Source: an uncultured Deinococcales bacterium
Lineage (GTDB): Bacteria > Deinococcota > Deinococci > Deinococcales > JAAFIG01
Length of the DNA stretch: 25,065 nt
Reading direction: 5' to 3'
NCBI GenBank assembly: GCA_964247135.1
Contig: CAXTTL010000046.1
Coordinates: forward strand, 1-25,065
Below the pieces are notes generated by a model. It saw only the letters and a program-made list of their open reading frames with translations, ran no database searches and was not told the DNA's origin. A program made the translations under genes and the position numbers. Of this stretch, positions 16,734 through 24,733 are shown piece by piece; the stretch's first letter is position 1, and each line of letters begins with the position of its first letter.

Positions 16734-18392
16734 ATGCAATGCCCGAGCTGTCAAGAGCCAGTGCAAGCAACCTGGCGTTTTTGCCCGAATTGCGGGGCGG
16801 CAATTTCGGTGGTCGAACCGACGGTGCAACGCCGCGTGGCGGTGGTTTTTGTCGATCTGGTGGCGAGCACCCGTTTTGCCCGTAGCCTTTCGAGCGACGC
16901 GTACTTTGACCTGATGGGTGAAATCTTGACGGTGCTGGCGGTCGAGATCGAGGCGCTCGAGGGTCATGTCGTGCAATTTCAGGGCGATGCGGTGCTGGCG
17001 GCGTTCGGCGCGGTCAAAAGTTTTGAGGACAATGCCCTGCGTGCCGTCAAGGCGGCTCGAGCCGCCATCGCCGCCGTCGAAAATTACGGTGAGCGCAAGG
17101 GTTTGGAACTCGAGGGACGGGCGGGCGTGGACACCGACGATGCCACGGTGGGTTGGGTCGGCGGCGAGTTTACCTTGTTTGGCAGCGTGGTGAACCTCTC
17201 GAGGCGCTTGTGCTCGGCGGCTGAACCTGGCGAGGTGCTGGCGTCGTTGCGGGTACAACTCGAAACCCATGCGGGCGCACAGTTTGAAAAACAAACAGGT
17301 TTGGTGCTGCGCGATTACCCCGAGGAGGGCGAACCGTTTTTGTTAAAAGGCTTCACCACCGCCGCCGGACAGGAGTATCTGCCATTTCACGGTCCGCCGC
17401 TGGTGGGGCGGCAAAAAGAACTCGCCAAACTCGAGGGACTGTTCAGAATCGCCCGCAGCGAACGGCGCGTGGTCTGGGTCGAAATTGTTGGGCATCCAGG
17501 TTCGGGGCGCAGCCGTTTGATGCAAGAATTTGCGGCGCGTCACGAGATCAGCGAGGACGCCCGAGCGGTGGTGCTCGATTCAACAACCCGCAAGCTCGAG
17601 TTGCCGACCAAAGTCTTGCCGATAGTCTTGCTCGAGGACGCCTTAAACCTCGAGACTGCCCTGCAAACGGCGCTCCTCGGTGCCCGAAAGGGGGCGTTGG
17701 TGCTGGTGCCTCGGGCGCTGCAAAGTGACCGAGAACGCGAGGCGGTGGTGCTGGACAACCTTGGTTTTTCGCAAGCCCGTACCCTGCTCGAGTCCCTGTG
17801 CGGACCGCAGCCGATAGGTTTGGTCAAACCTTGGTTTGAGCGCTCCTTGGGCAATGCCGCGATTTTGGCTGAAATTGCCAGGTTGTTCAACAAAGGTTTT
17901 GATGAGTCCCAAGAGTTGCAGCAACGGGTGAAAGCTTTTGTCTTCAATCACTTTGAGGTTTTTGCCTCGAGTGCCTCCGAGGTGTTTTCGGTGGCGGCAC
18001 TGTTCGGCTCGGGTTTTTATCTGGGCGGCTTAAGCCAAGTTCTGGGGCGCGATGTCGGTCCCGACCTTGAGATGCTGCTTGCCGACGCTGTGATTCTCGA
18101 GTCGAGTGCGTCTCGAATTCTGAACGAGCGCGAATTTAAGATTCAAATTCCGCTCCTACGTGAGGCGGCGATTTCGGCCTTTGAGTTGCAGCAACGGCTG
18201 AGCTTGCATCTTTCAATCGCTGCGTGGTTCTCGAGCCGAAATGCTTCTCGAGCGCGTGACCACACTCGGGCAGCCCAAAGTCTTCAAGCCGCACTGCAAA
18301 CCCAAGCCTCGCCCGAGGGTTCGGTGGTTGGGGTAAAAACCAAGAAAACCCCGTTGGTGAAGGTCTCTCGAGCCTCAAAATCGGCAAAGTAA
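16734..18392 (+). CDS. Zinc-ribbon + class III adenylate/guanylate cyclase + degenerate AAA/STAND domain protein
   Basis: CPSC-x10-CPNC; VFVDLVAST and FQGDAV metal-binding Asps; GSVVNLSRRL (N,R); PLVGRQKEL and P-loop GHPGSGRS. Confidence 0.85.
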   Translation: MQCPSCQEPVQATWRFCPNCGAAISVVEPTVQRRVAVVFVDLVASTRFARSLSSDAYFDLMGEILTVLAVEIEALEGHVVQFQGDAVLAAFGAVKSFEDNALRAVKAARAAIAAVENYGERKGLELEGRAGVDTDDATVGWVGGEFTLFGSVVNLSRRLCSAAEPGEVLASLRVQLETHAGAQFEKQTGLVLRDYPEEGEPFLLKGFTTAAGQEYLPFHGPPLVGRQKELAKLEGLFRIARSERRVVWVEIVGHPGSGRSRLMQEFAARHEISEDARAVVLDSTTRKLELPTKVLPIVLLEDALNLETALQTALLGARKGALVLVPRALQSDREREAVVLDNLGFSQARTLLESLCGPQPIGLVKPWFERSLGNAAILAEIARLFNKGFDESQELQQRVKAFVFNHFEVFASSASEVFSVAALFGSGFYLGGLSQVLGRDVGPDLEMLLADAVILESSASRILNEREFKIQIPLLREAAISAFELQQRLSLHLSIAAWFSSRNASRARDHTRAAQSLQAALQTQASPEGSVVGVKTKKTPLVKVSRASKSAK

Positions 18393-18412
18393 AACAAAAT
18401 GTAAATTTAAAC

Positions 18413-18442
18413 TTGACAAAATAGCAAACTTGATTGCATACT
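18413..18442 (+). promoter_or_regulatory. Putative SigA promoter of the DUF4097/SHOCT/DUF2089 operon
   Basis: TTGACA (18413-18418), 18-bp spacer, CATACT (18437-18442), with an AT-rich UP-like region upstream. Confidence 0.5.
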
Positions 18443-18522
18443 TAAGGAGCAATCGAGGGTTTGAACCTTGGATTGTTCAAACTTTCAGGAACTTAAATCG
18501 ACATCAGCCCGTAGGAGAAACC

Positions 18523-19503
18523 ATGAGTGACCCATTTCGTGAACGCATCGAAAACCTGCTCCGTCAGGGCAAAATCTCACCAGAAGAAGCCAACAAGCTT
18601 TTTCGGGCGCTCGAGCCGCAAGGTGAGACCGCCAGCGCCAGCACGCCCCTGACCGGTTCGCAACCCGCACCGAGCATTCCGACCCCGCCAACCCCTCCCA
18701 CACCCCCAACGCCAGTGGTTGCGCCGACACCGCCAACGCCGCCAACGCCGCCAAGCCCAGCCACACCGCCAAGCCCACCCAGCACTGCCATGCCAACCTC
18801 GCACAGCAAAGCCTTTGATCATTACGTTCATGCAGCAAACAACATCCGTAAACTGGTCATCAACGCCACCGCAGGCGATATCGACGTTGAAGGCGTACCA
18901 GGCACGGCAACCATCGAAGCCAACGTCAAAAACGGTTCGCTCGAGATCACCGAGGACGGCGACGTGATTCGCATTCTGGGCGTTGGGAAAATTGACGACC
19001 CGACCGAAATCGGCTGGTTGAACACCGTCATCCGCACCATCGGACGCAACCTGCCCGTGGACATTCACGTCAAAGTGCCCAGCAGCCTGCTCGAACTCGA
19101 GGTCAAAGCCCTGGCGGGCGACGTGAGTGTGGCTGGCGTGACCGGTACGGTGTCGCTCGAGATGAGCGCGGGCGACCTGAAACTCAAAGACGCAGGGCGG
19201 TTCAACATCAACGCCAAGGCGGGTGATATCAAAGTGCGAACCAAACTGACCGACGGCGACAGCAACCTGCGCGCCCTGGCGGGAAACGTGGACGTGATCC
19301 TCGAGGCTGGCTCGAGCGTGACCATGAAAGCCTCCAACAGCGCCGGTGACATTACCGCCAAAGGCTTTATTTTAACCCACACCGAAAAAAGAGTGGTCGG
19401 TGGCAGCCTCGAGGGGCGTTTGGGCGCGGGTCGCGCCAAATTGACTGTCAATTTGAGCGCGGGCGATCTGGACATCGAAGCCATCGACGGCATGAACCAG
19501 TAA
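18523..19503 (+). CDS. SHOCT-like + Pro-rich linker + DUF4097 (adhesin-like beta-strand repeat) protein
   Basis: Start moved to ATG 18523 (RBS AGGAG); RERIENLLRQGKISPEEANKL SHOCT-like helix; repeated AGD(I/V/L) beta units. Confidence 0.8.
   Translation: MSDPFRERIENLLRQGKISPEEANKLFRALEPQGETASASTPLTGSQPAPSIPTPPTPPTPPTPVVAPTPPTPPTPPSPATPPSPPSTAMPTSHSKAFDHYVHAANNIRKLVINATAGDIDVEGVPGTATIEANVKNGSLEITEDGDVIRILGVGKIDDPTEIGWLNTVIRTIGRNLPVDIHVKVPSSLLELEVKALAGDVSVAGVTGTVSLEMSAGDLKLKDAGRFNINAKAGDIKVRTKLTDGDSNLRALAGNVDVILEAGSSVTMKASNSAGDITAKGFILTHTEKRVVGGSLEGRLGAGRAKLTVNLSAGDLDIEAIDGMNQ
18661..18780 (+). repeat. Coding (Pro-Thr-Pro)n low-complexity linker
   Basis: PTPPTPPTPPTP...PTPPTPPTPPSPATPPSPP. Confidence 0.85.
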
Positions 19504-19605
19504 GCAATCAACCCCACTTTGAGGCTCGAGGTTCAAGAACCTCGAGATGGGTGGTTCACACCCCGAGCGTGATGGGTACTTCATACCCAAAAAAGGAGTC
19601 GAATC

Positions 19606-20193
19606 ATGGGACAAATCGAACGAATTTTACAATTGGTGCAACAAAACAAGATCAACCGCGAGGACGCCGCCAAGCTGCTCTCCGCCCTCTCGAACGGACT
19701 TGCGACACTGCCCGACAGCACCTGGGAGCGCCTTTTCGCCATGCTCGATCAGGGCATGAGCGTCGAGGCACTGGCGCAAGTGCTGGGTGCAGAACTCGAG
19801 CAGGACAAAGACAACAAACGCACTTGGAGCACCAAAGGACCACGCGCCGGAAATTTTGGGATGGGTGGTCTTGGCTCGCAAGTCTCAACCATCGTCAACG
19901 ACCAGATTGCCGATGCCTTCCGCAAAGGTTTTGGCGACCCAAGACGCAAGACCGCCAGGGTTTTGCGCGTGGTGGTCGAAGCCAGCGACGGGACCGATGT
20001 CAACATCAACATTCCGCTCGGACTTGCCAACATGGTTTTAAAACTGATTCCCAAAGAGGCACAACGCGCCATGACCGAGCAGGGCATCGATCCAGCCACA
20101 CTGCAAGAACTGCTCAAATCCGAGTTGCCCGATGGCGAGATCATTCGGGTCGAAGCCAGCGACGGCACCGAAGTCAGAATCTCAATTGAGTAA
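19606..20193 (+). CDS. SHOCT-like / YvlB-like domain protein of DUF2089 operons
   Basis: RBS AAGGAG; ERILQLVQQNKINREDAAKLLSAL N-terminus; C-terminal RVLRVVV...VNINIPLGLA...VRISIE. Confidence 0.7.
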   Translation: MGQIERILQLVQQNKINREDAAKLLSALSNGLATLPDSTWERLFAMLDQGMSVEALAQVLGAELEQDKDNKRTWSTKGPRAGNFGMGGLGSQVSTIVNDQIADAFRKGFGDPRRKTARVLRVVVEASDGTDVNINIPLGLANMVLKLIPKEAQRAMTEQGIDPATLQELLKSELPDGEIIRVEASDGTEVRISIE

Positions 20194-20256
20194 ACTGTGC
20201 TCAGTGACTCGAGGGATCAATCATTCTCGAGGATTTTAGAAAACAGAGGAGAGCAG

Positions 20257-20622
20257 ATGATTTTTGACTTGCCAACCAATTTTCCAGGACTTCAAGAAAC
20301 GCCGCTCGTGACCAAACTCGAGTTTCCAGAATCGGGCGTCAACATTGAGGGACACTTTAGACTCAACGAATTTGCGCTGTTGCCGCCAGACAACCTCGAG
20401 TTTTTGCGGCTGTACATCAAGGTGCGCGGCAACCTGAAAGAAGTCGAACGCATTCTGGGCTTGAGTTACCCGACCATTCGATCCAGATTTGAAGATTTGC
20501 TCAAAGCGTTGGGTTACGAAGCCGAAGCCAGTGATGCCGAAGCCCGAGACGATGTCCTCAAAGCTTTGGAGCGCGGCGATATCGGACCGACCGAGGCACT
20601 CGAGCGACTGAAAAACGCATAA
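20257..20622 (+). CDS. DUF2089 family HTH protein
   Basis: Start moved to ATG 20257 (RBS GAGGAG); FLRLYIKVRGNLKEVERILGLSYPTIRSR and C-terminal VLKALERGDIG-EALERL. Confidence 0.85.
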   Translation: MIFDLPTNFPGLQETPLVTKLEFPESGVNIEGHFRLNEFALLPPDNLEFLRLYIKVRGNLKEVERILGLSYPTIRSRFEDLLKALGYEAEASDAEARDDVLKALERGDIGPTEALERLKNA

Positions 20623-20630
20623 AGGAATTT

Positions 20631-20669
20631 AAAAACCTCGGGCGATGCTGGACATCGCCCGAGGTTTTT
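20631..20669. terminator. Bidirectional intrinsic terminator
   Basis: AAAAACCTCGGGCGATG-CTGGA-CATCGCCCGAGGTTTTT between convergent genes. Confidence 0.85.
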
Positions 20670-20676
20670 GTGACGA

Positions 20677-21171
20677 TCAATCCATCAAATTTTGAAGTGC
20701 CTTTTCAACCTCGGTGTGTCGGAGCTTGACCTCAGCCTCCAACTTGGCTCGGGCGTGAAAATGGCTCGAGAAATGCTCCAACGCTTCAGAAAACGCGAAC
20801 AACTCTTCAACCTCGAGTTTGATATTTTCAGCATCGAGCGGTTTTAAATCGCGTTTGTTGTCGAGCAAATCGTCCAGCCTTGCCATCATGCCGGACAAGG
20901 GACGCAACCATTGAAAGATGGGATCGCTGGTCACCAGTTGAAAATAGGCGAACGGACCGTTGATCGCGCCGTTTGTGGACTCGTATTCTTTTTTGACGAT
21001 TTCCAACAAGGTTGAATGGGTGCTGCGCAATGCCTGAGCCAAATCGTTCAGTTTGATGCGTTGCGCCTGGTCGATGGGGTCTACCGGGCGGGTGTCTCGA
21101 GTAATGCTCACGCTCTGTATTTTAGACCATTTCAAAGCCATCATTTGTTTTTCTGTCACGTTCGCAGGCAT
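20677..21171 (-). CDS. Hypothetical helical protein (start uncertain)
   Basis: LAQALRSTHSTLLE...DPIFQWLRPLSGMMARLDDLL looks like a real conserved helical protein; start placed after the TetR stop. Confidence 0.65.
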   Translation of the reverse strand: MPANVTEKQMMALKWSKIQSVSITRDTRPVDPIDQAQRIKLNDLAQALRSTHSTLLEIVKKEYESTNGAINGPFAYFQLVTSDPIFQWLRPLSGMMARLDDLLDNKRDLKPLDAENIKLEVEELFAFSEALEHFSSHFHARAKLEAEVKLRHTEVEKALQNLMD

Positions 21172-21187
21172 TTTGCGGGCTTCAAAT

Positions 21188-21769
21188 TCAAGCGGGTTTG
21201 AAACCCTCGAGCAACATCTTGCAAAACGCATCGGCAATTTCGCCCGCATTCAGGCGACCGTTCGGGTTAAACCAGTGGTATGCCCAATTGGCGCTCGAGA
21301 GCGAGAGCACGCTGGCAAGTTTGGCATCCAAATCTGGACGGAACGACCCTTTTTTGATGCCTTCCTCGAGAATCTCGCGGTAAATCCGTTCGACGCTGGC
21401 ACGCCTATCGGCAATCTCCTCAATTTTGGTGATCGGCAAATGCTTCCACTCGTGAAAAAACACGGTCGCCCAATCCTTGTTTTTCGAGATCACGTTCAAA
21501 TGCGCCTCGAGCGCCGCCCGCAACTTTTCGGGTGGTGGCAGCTTGCTGTCCCGAATCGGCTCGAGTGCCGCATCGAACTCGTCGGCGGCACGGTTCACGA
21601 TTTCCCACAGCAATTCCTCTTTGCTCGAGATGTGCGCGTACAAACTGCCACCCTGCACGCCCAGAGCTTTGGCAAGGTCGCGCATACTGGTGGCATGATA
21701 GCCCAACTGCGAGAAGAGTTTGCCCGCAGTGCGGTAAATTTGTTCTTTCCTGGAAACGGGTTGGGTCAC
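21188..21769 (-). CDS. TetR/AcrR family regulator (PaaR/KstR2-like acyl-CoA-sensing type)
   Basis: LFSQLGYHATSMRDLAKALGVQGGSLYAHISSKEELL HTH; C-terminal NWAYHWFNPNGRL. Confidence 0.92.
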   Translation of the reverse strand: MTQPVSRKEQIYRTAGKLFSQLGYHATSMRDLAKALGVQGGSLYAHISSKEELLWEIVNRAADEFDAALEPIRDSKLPPPEKLRAALEAHLNVISKNKDWATVFFHEWKHLPITKIEEIADRRASVERIYREILEEGIKKGSFRPDLDAKLASVLSLSSANWAYHWFNPNGRLNAGEIADAFCKMLLEGFKPA

Positions 21770-21856
21770 GTTAAGAGCAGTCTATCCGATGCTCGAGCGG
21801 TTTTGGAAGCACCAAGCCCAGATCGGTTTGTGTTGGCTCGAGTTTGACCAACAATA

Positions 21857-21884
21857 AAGCGGGTTGGAATGTTCCAACCCGCTT
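21857..21884. terminator. Terminator hairpin downstream of the lipoprotein gene
   Basis: AAGCGGGTTGGAA-TG-TTCCAACCCGCTT, with an A-rich flank giving a U-tail on the minus strand. Confidence 0.75.
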
Positions 21885-21908
21885 CAGCACGTTATTTTGA
21901 GGTTTTGG

Positions 21909-23183
21909 TTACGGAATATTTTCAATCAACTGGACTTGTGCGGTAATTACCGTTTGTTCCCAGTTCAGTGTCGCCACATTGATGATTGTTCCCGATGAGT
22001 ACGTTGCTGGGATTGTAAATGTTTTGCTCGCGCCAGCATCCAGGTCAAAGGTTTCATCGAGGTTGGTGCCAGTTAAGCCGGCAGGCAGTGGGTCAACCAC
22101 ATGGACACCCGTTGCGGTGCTGCCGCCGGTGTTGTTGACCGTGATGGTGAACACGACTGGCTGTCCTGGATTGGGTTGAACAATATCAGCCTCTTTGGTC
22201 ATGCTGAGTTTGGGTGGGTCAACCACAACAGCCTGCTTTTTCTGACCGACAAACATGTGCCAGACGTCAATCGCACAACCCGAGCAACGGCTTGGACATT
22301 GACCGTAATTGGTGATTGTTAAGGTAACAGTTTTGTACTTTGCGCCCTGTGGAAGCTCGAGCAACGCTGGACGGGCGTCTTCACCAATATCGCCGCGCCA
22401 TTTAACGGTGGTTGTTTTGGTTGGATAAACGGTGCTGGTGGACTTGTTAAGATTCACCATTGCCGTGAAATTTTGCGTGCCAATAATATTGTTTGAATTG
22501 TTGGCTTCCTGCACGCAAACCAGCGGCGTGCCGTTCACGAGCGACCAACCGGTCAAATCGTTGATGCAGGTTCCGTCAACGGTGGTGGCACTGACTTTGA
22601 TGCTCGAGTTGAGGTTGGTGTTGGCGTAAAAACCCGCCATGCCGATCAATGTGTTCTCGTCGGCATAACCTTTGGTCAGGTGACTAAAGTCGAGGGTGAT
22701 GGTATAAGCCGAAGCCGTGCCAGGCTGACGAATTTTGGGGCAGAACCGTAACGAATACGGATCGTTGAGGCTGTTGTAACCCGCAAAGCCACCCTTGATG
22801 GCAGGATTGAGCACCGTGGATGTGGTACTGAGGGTGCTGAGGCTGCAAATCCCGATGTTGCTCGAGATCGAAACGCCAACGTTGCCCTGGTCAGACAACG
22901 GGACGCTGCCTGTCAAATGTCCGTTGCTCCAATTGCTGCCCACGCTCCACCAGGTCACGTCGGTTGGGGCAACATTAGTACGCAAGGTTGGACTTGGCAC
23001 GACATAACCCTGAAATGCTTCAATGGGATTCGATATTTGAATCCCATTTGGTTGCAAACCCAGTGCCAACGGTTGATCGGTGGTGATGTCAGGCGTTGAA
23101 GAACAACCTAAGAAGCTGGCGGTCAAACCGATTAACGCCAGGGCGGCGATTGATCTTCTCCAGTTTTGTAAGTTTTTTGTCAT
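21909..23183 (-). CDS. Lipoprotein with C-terminal DUF11 (OmcB-like Ig) domain
   Basis: Lipobox FLG-C; C-terminal LSMTKEAD...[15 protein letters not shown]...[14 protein letters not shown] is the DUF11 signature. Confidence 0.8.
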   Translation of the reverse strand: MTKNLQNWRRSIAALALIGLTASFLGCSSTPDITTDQPLALGLQPNGIQISNPIEAFQGYVVPSPTLRTNVAPTDVTWWSVGSNWSNGHLTGSVPLSDQGNVGVSISSNIGICSLSTLSTTSTVLNPAIKGGFAGYNSLNDPYSLRFCPKIRQPGTASAYTITLDFSHLTKGYADENTLIGMAGFYANTNLNSSIKVSATTVDGTCINDLTGWSLVNGTPLVCVQEANNSNNIIGTQNFTAMVNLNKSTSTVYPTKTTTVKWRGDIGEDARPALLELPQGAKYKTVTLTITNYGQCPSRCSGCAIDVWHMFVGQKKQAVVVDPPKLSMTKEADIVQPNPGQPVVFTITVNNTGGSTATGVHVVDPLPAGLTGTNLDETFDLDAGASKTFTIPATYSSGTIINVATLNWEQTVITAQVQLIENIP

Positions 23184-23190
23184 AGTTCTT

Positions 23191-23218
23191 AGTATAGCCT
23201 AATGTTGGCGCGTGTCAA
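23191..23218 (-). promoter_or_regulatory. SigA promoter for a leaderless lipoprotein mRNA
   Basis: Minus strand TTGACA-16 bp-TATACT, then 7 nt to the ATG, with no SD. Confidence 0.7.
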
Positions 23219-23288
23219 TTCATGAAGTTTAGTTACGAAATAATGTAGTTCCTATAAAACAATACAGAACAACCATCAATACACAAAT

Positions 23289-23325
23289 AAAAGATGCCGC
23301 CCAAAAAATTGAGCGGCATCTTTTT
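23289..23325 (-). terminator. rpsO terminator
   Basis: AAAAGATGCCGC...GCGGCATCTTTT inverted repeat 10 bp past the rpsO stop. Confidence 0.75.
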
Positions 23326-23335
23326 GAGATTCGGA

Positions 23336-23605
23336 TTAGCGACGAATGCCGAGACGTTCGATCAATTTACGGTAGGCATCATAATCTTTGGTGCGCAAAT
23401 ACTTGGTCAAACTGTTGCGCTTGCCGACCAGCACTTGCAAGCCACGTTGACCGTGCTTATCCTTCTTGTTGCCGTTCAGGTGGCTCGAGAGGTTGTTGAT
23501 GCGGTGCGTCAGCACGGCGACTTGAACCTGGGTGCTTCCCGTGTCGCCCTCGAAAGTTGCGTAATCTTTAATAACCTTTGTCTTGTCTTCTGCACTAAAT
23601 GACAT
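23336..23605 (-). CDS. rpsO: 30S ribosomal protein S15
   Basis: 89 aa from ATG 23605 (RBS AAAGGA); [19 protein letters not shown]...[10 protein letters not shown]...LIERLGIRR. Confidence 0.97.
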   Translation of the reverse strand: MSFSAEDKTKVIKDYATFEGDTGSTQVQVAVLTHRINNLSSHLNGNKKDKHGQRGLQVLVGKRNSLTKYLRTKDYDAYRKLIERLGIRR

Positions 23606-23704
23606 ATCGGTACGTCCTTTTATTAAGTCCGGCAAGTCCCAGCAAACCCCAAACAGGGCAACCCTGACTCCCGCGAGGAAAGAGCGTAGCACACAAACCA
23701 GAAG

Positions 23705-23733
23705 TTGACAAACTCGAGTTTGCTCGGTAAGCT
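23705..23733 (+). promoter_or_regulatory. SigA promoter for tRNA-Leu
   Basis: TTGACA (23705-23710), 17-bp spacer, TAAGCT (23728-23733). Confidence 0.7.
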
Positions 23734-23777
23734 CTTCAAGCTGTTCAGCCCTCGAGCAACACTGAACGGAGCATTCA

Positions 23778-23866
<89 letters not shown>

Positions 23867-23869
23867 AAT

Positions 23870-23904
23870 AAAATGGCATGAATCTTTTTGGTTCATGCCA
23901 TTTT
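23870..23904 (+). terminator. Terminator after tRNA-Leu
   Basis: AAAATGGCATGAA-N9-TTCATGCCATTTT. Confidence 0.75.
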
Positions 23905-24145
23905 GATTTTTGCACCGGCACAAGGCATTGATGAACTTCGAGCTTTTGCAATTACCAAAGAATTTCTTCATGACATGCGGGAATTTCATGGTAAACCGAG
24001 TTTCAATGGTAACTCGAGCATTACACGGACAGAAGATTTTGAAATAGGTCAATCTCGAGTTACTCCGTTAAATCTTTCCGACCTGTGCGCCAATGGTTGT
24101 TCGGTCATTGATCTCGAGTTTTACATTTTCACATTTGAACGTAAC

Positions 24146-24174
24146 TTGAAGTAACGTACAAAATAAAGTACAAT
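24146..24174 (+). promoter_or_regulatory. Promoter/operator of the toxin-antitoxin operon
   Basis: TTGAAG-17 bp-TACAAT, 7 nt before the ATG; two GTAC cores 12 bp apart (24156, 24168) overlap it. Confidence 0.6.
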
Positions 24175-24181
24175 TTAACGT

Positions 24182-24460
24182 ATGCCTGTACTCGATTTTC
24201 AACAAGATATCGTGCCACTTTCCGAGTTCCGCTCGAACACCGCAAGTATCGTGCAACACATTCAACGCGATGAGGCAACCGTCATTCTGACGCAAAACGG
24301 TAAAGCTGCCGCCGCAATTATGGGCATTGCCGAATACCAACGTCTGACCGCAGAATTGATCGAACTTCGCAGCATGGTGAACGGATTAGCCGATGCCTTG
24401 CAAGGAAAAACCATGCCACACAAAACCGTAAAACAAAACATCAAAAAGGCTCGAGAATGA
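24182..24460 (+). CDS. Phd/YefM family antitoxin
   Basis: DIVPLSEFRSN...VILTQNGKAAAAIMGIAEYQ is the Phd/YefM N-terminal DNA-binding pattern. Confidence 0.9.
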   Translation: MPVLDFQQDIVPLSEFRSNTASIVQHIQRDEATVILTQNGKAAAAIMGIAEYQRLTAELIELRSMVNGLADALQGKTMPHKTVKQNIKKARE

Positions 24461-24733
24461 CCCGAATGGAGTCAAGGTGCGGAACAACAGCTTTTTGAAA
24501 TCCTATTGTCTTTCAGCACGAAAACGACTTTTGAGAAATTTGAAAAACAACTGAATACCGCACTCGAGCAACTCGAAACATTTCCCGAATCTGCCCGAAT
24601 GAACCCTGTGTTGTACCGTTCAGATTTCCGATCTTTTCTGGTCGGGGATTACCGCGTAACGGTACTGCTATTGCAGGATCGAATTTTGGTGTTTTCAATG
24701 GTGCATACGCATTCTGGCGCAGCGTTTGATTGA
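24457..24733 (+). pseudogene. RelE/ParE family toxin with out-of-frame start (frameshifted, recoded or sequencing error)
   Basis: Toxin frame reads PEWSQGAEQQLFEI...LETFPESAR...YRV...VH from 24461. The coupled ATG at 24457 is in another frame and stops at 24496-24498. Confidence 0.7.

Noticed and set aside
24128-24144. Possible DdrO/RDRM radiation-response motif TTCACATTTGAACGTAA
   Set aside because: Only the right half-site fits; the left half lacks the conserved TG/CG.
23888-24154. 88-aa ORF between tRNA-Leu and the TA pair
   Set aside because: Starts inside a terminator hairpin, has no RBS or recognisable domain; cannot be supported.
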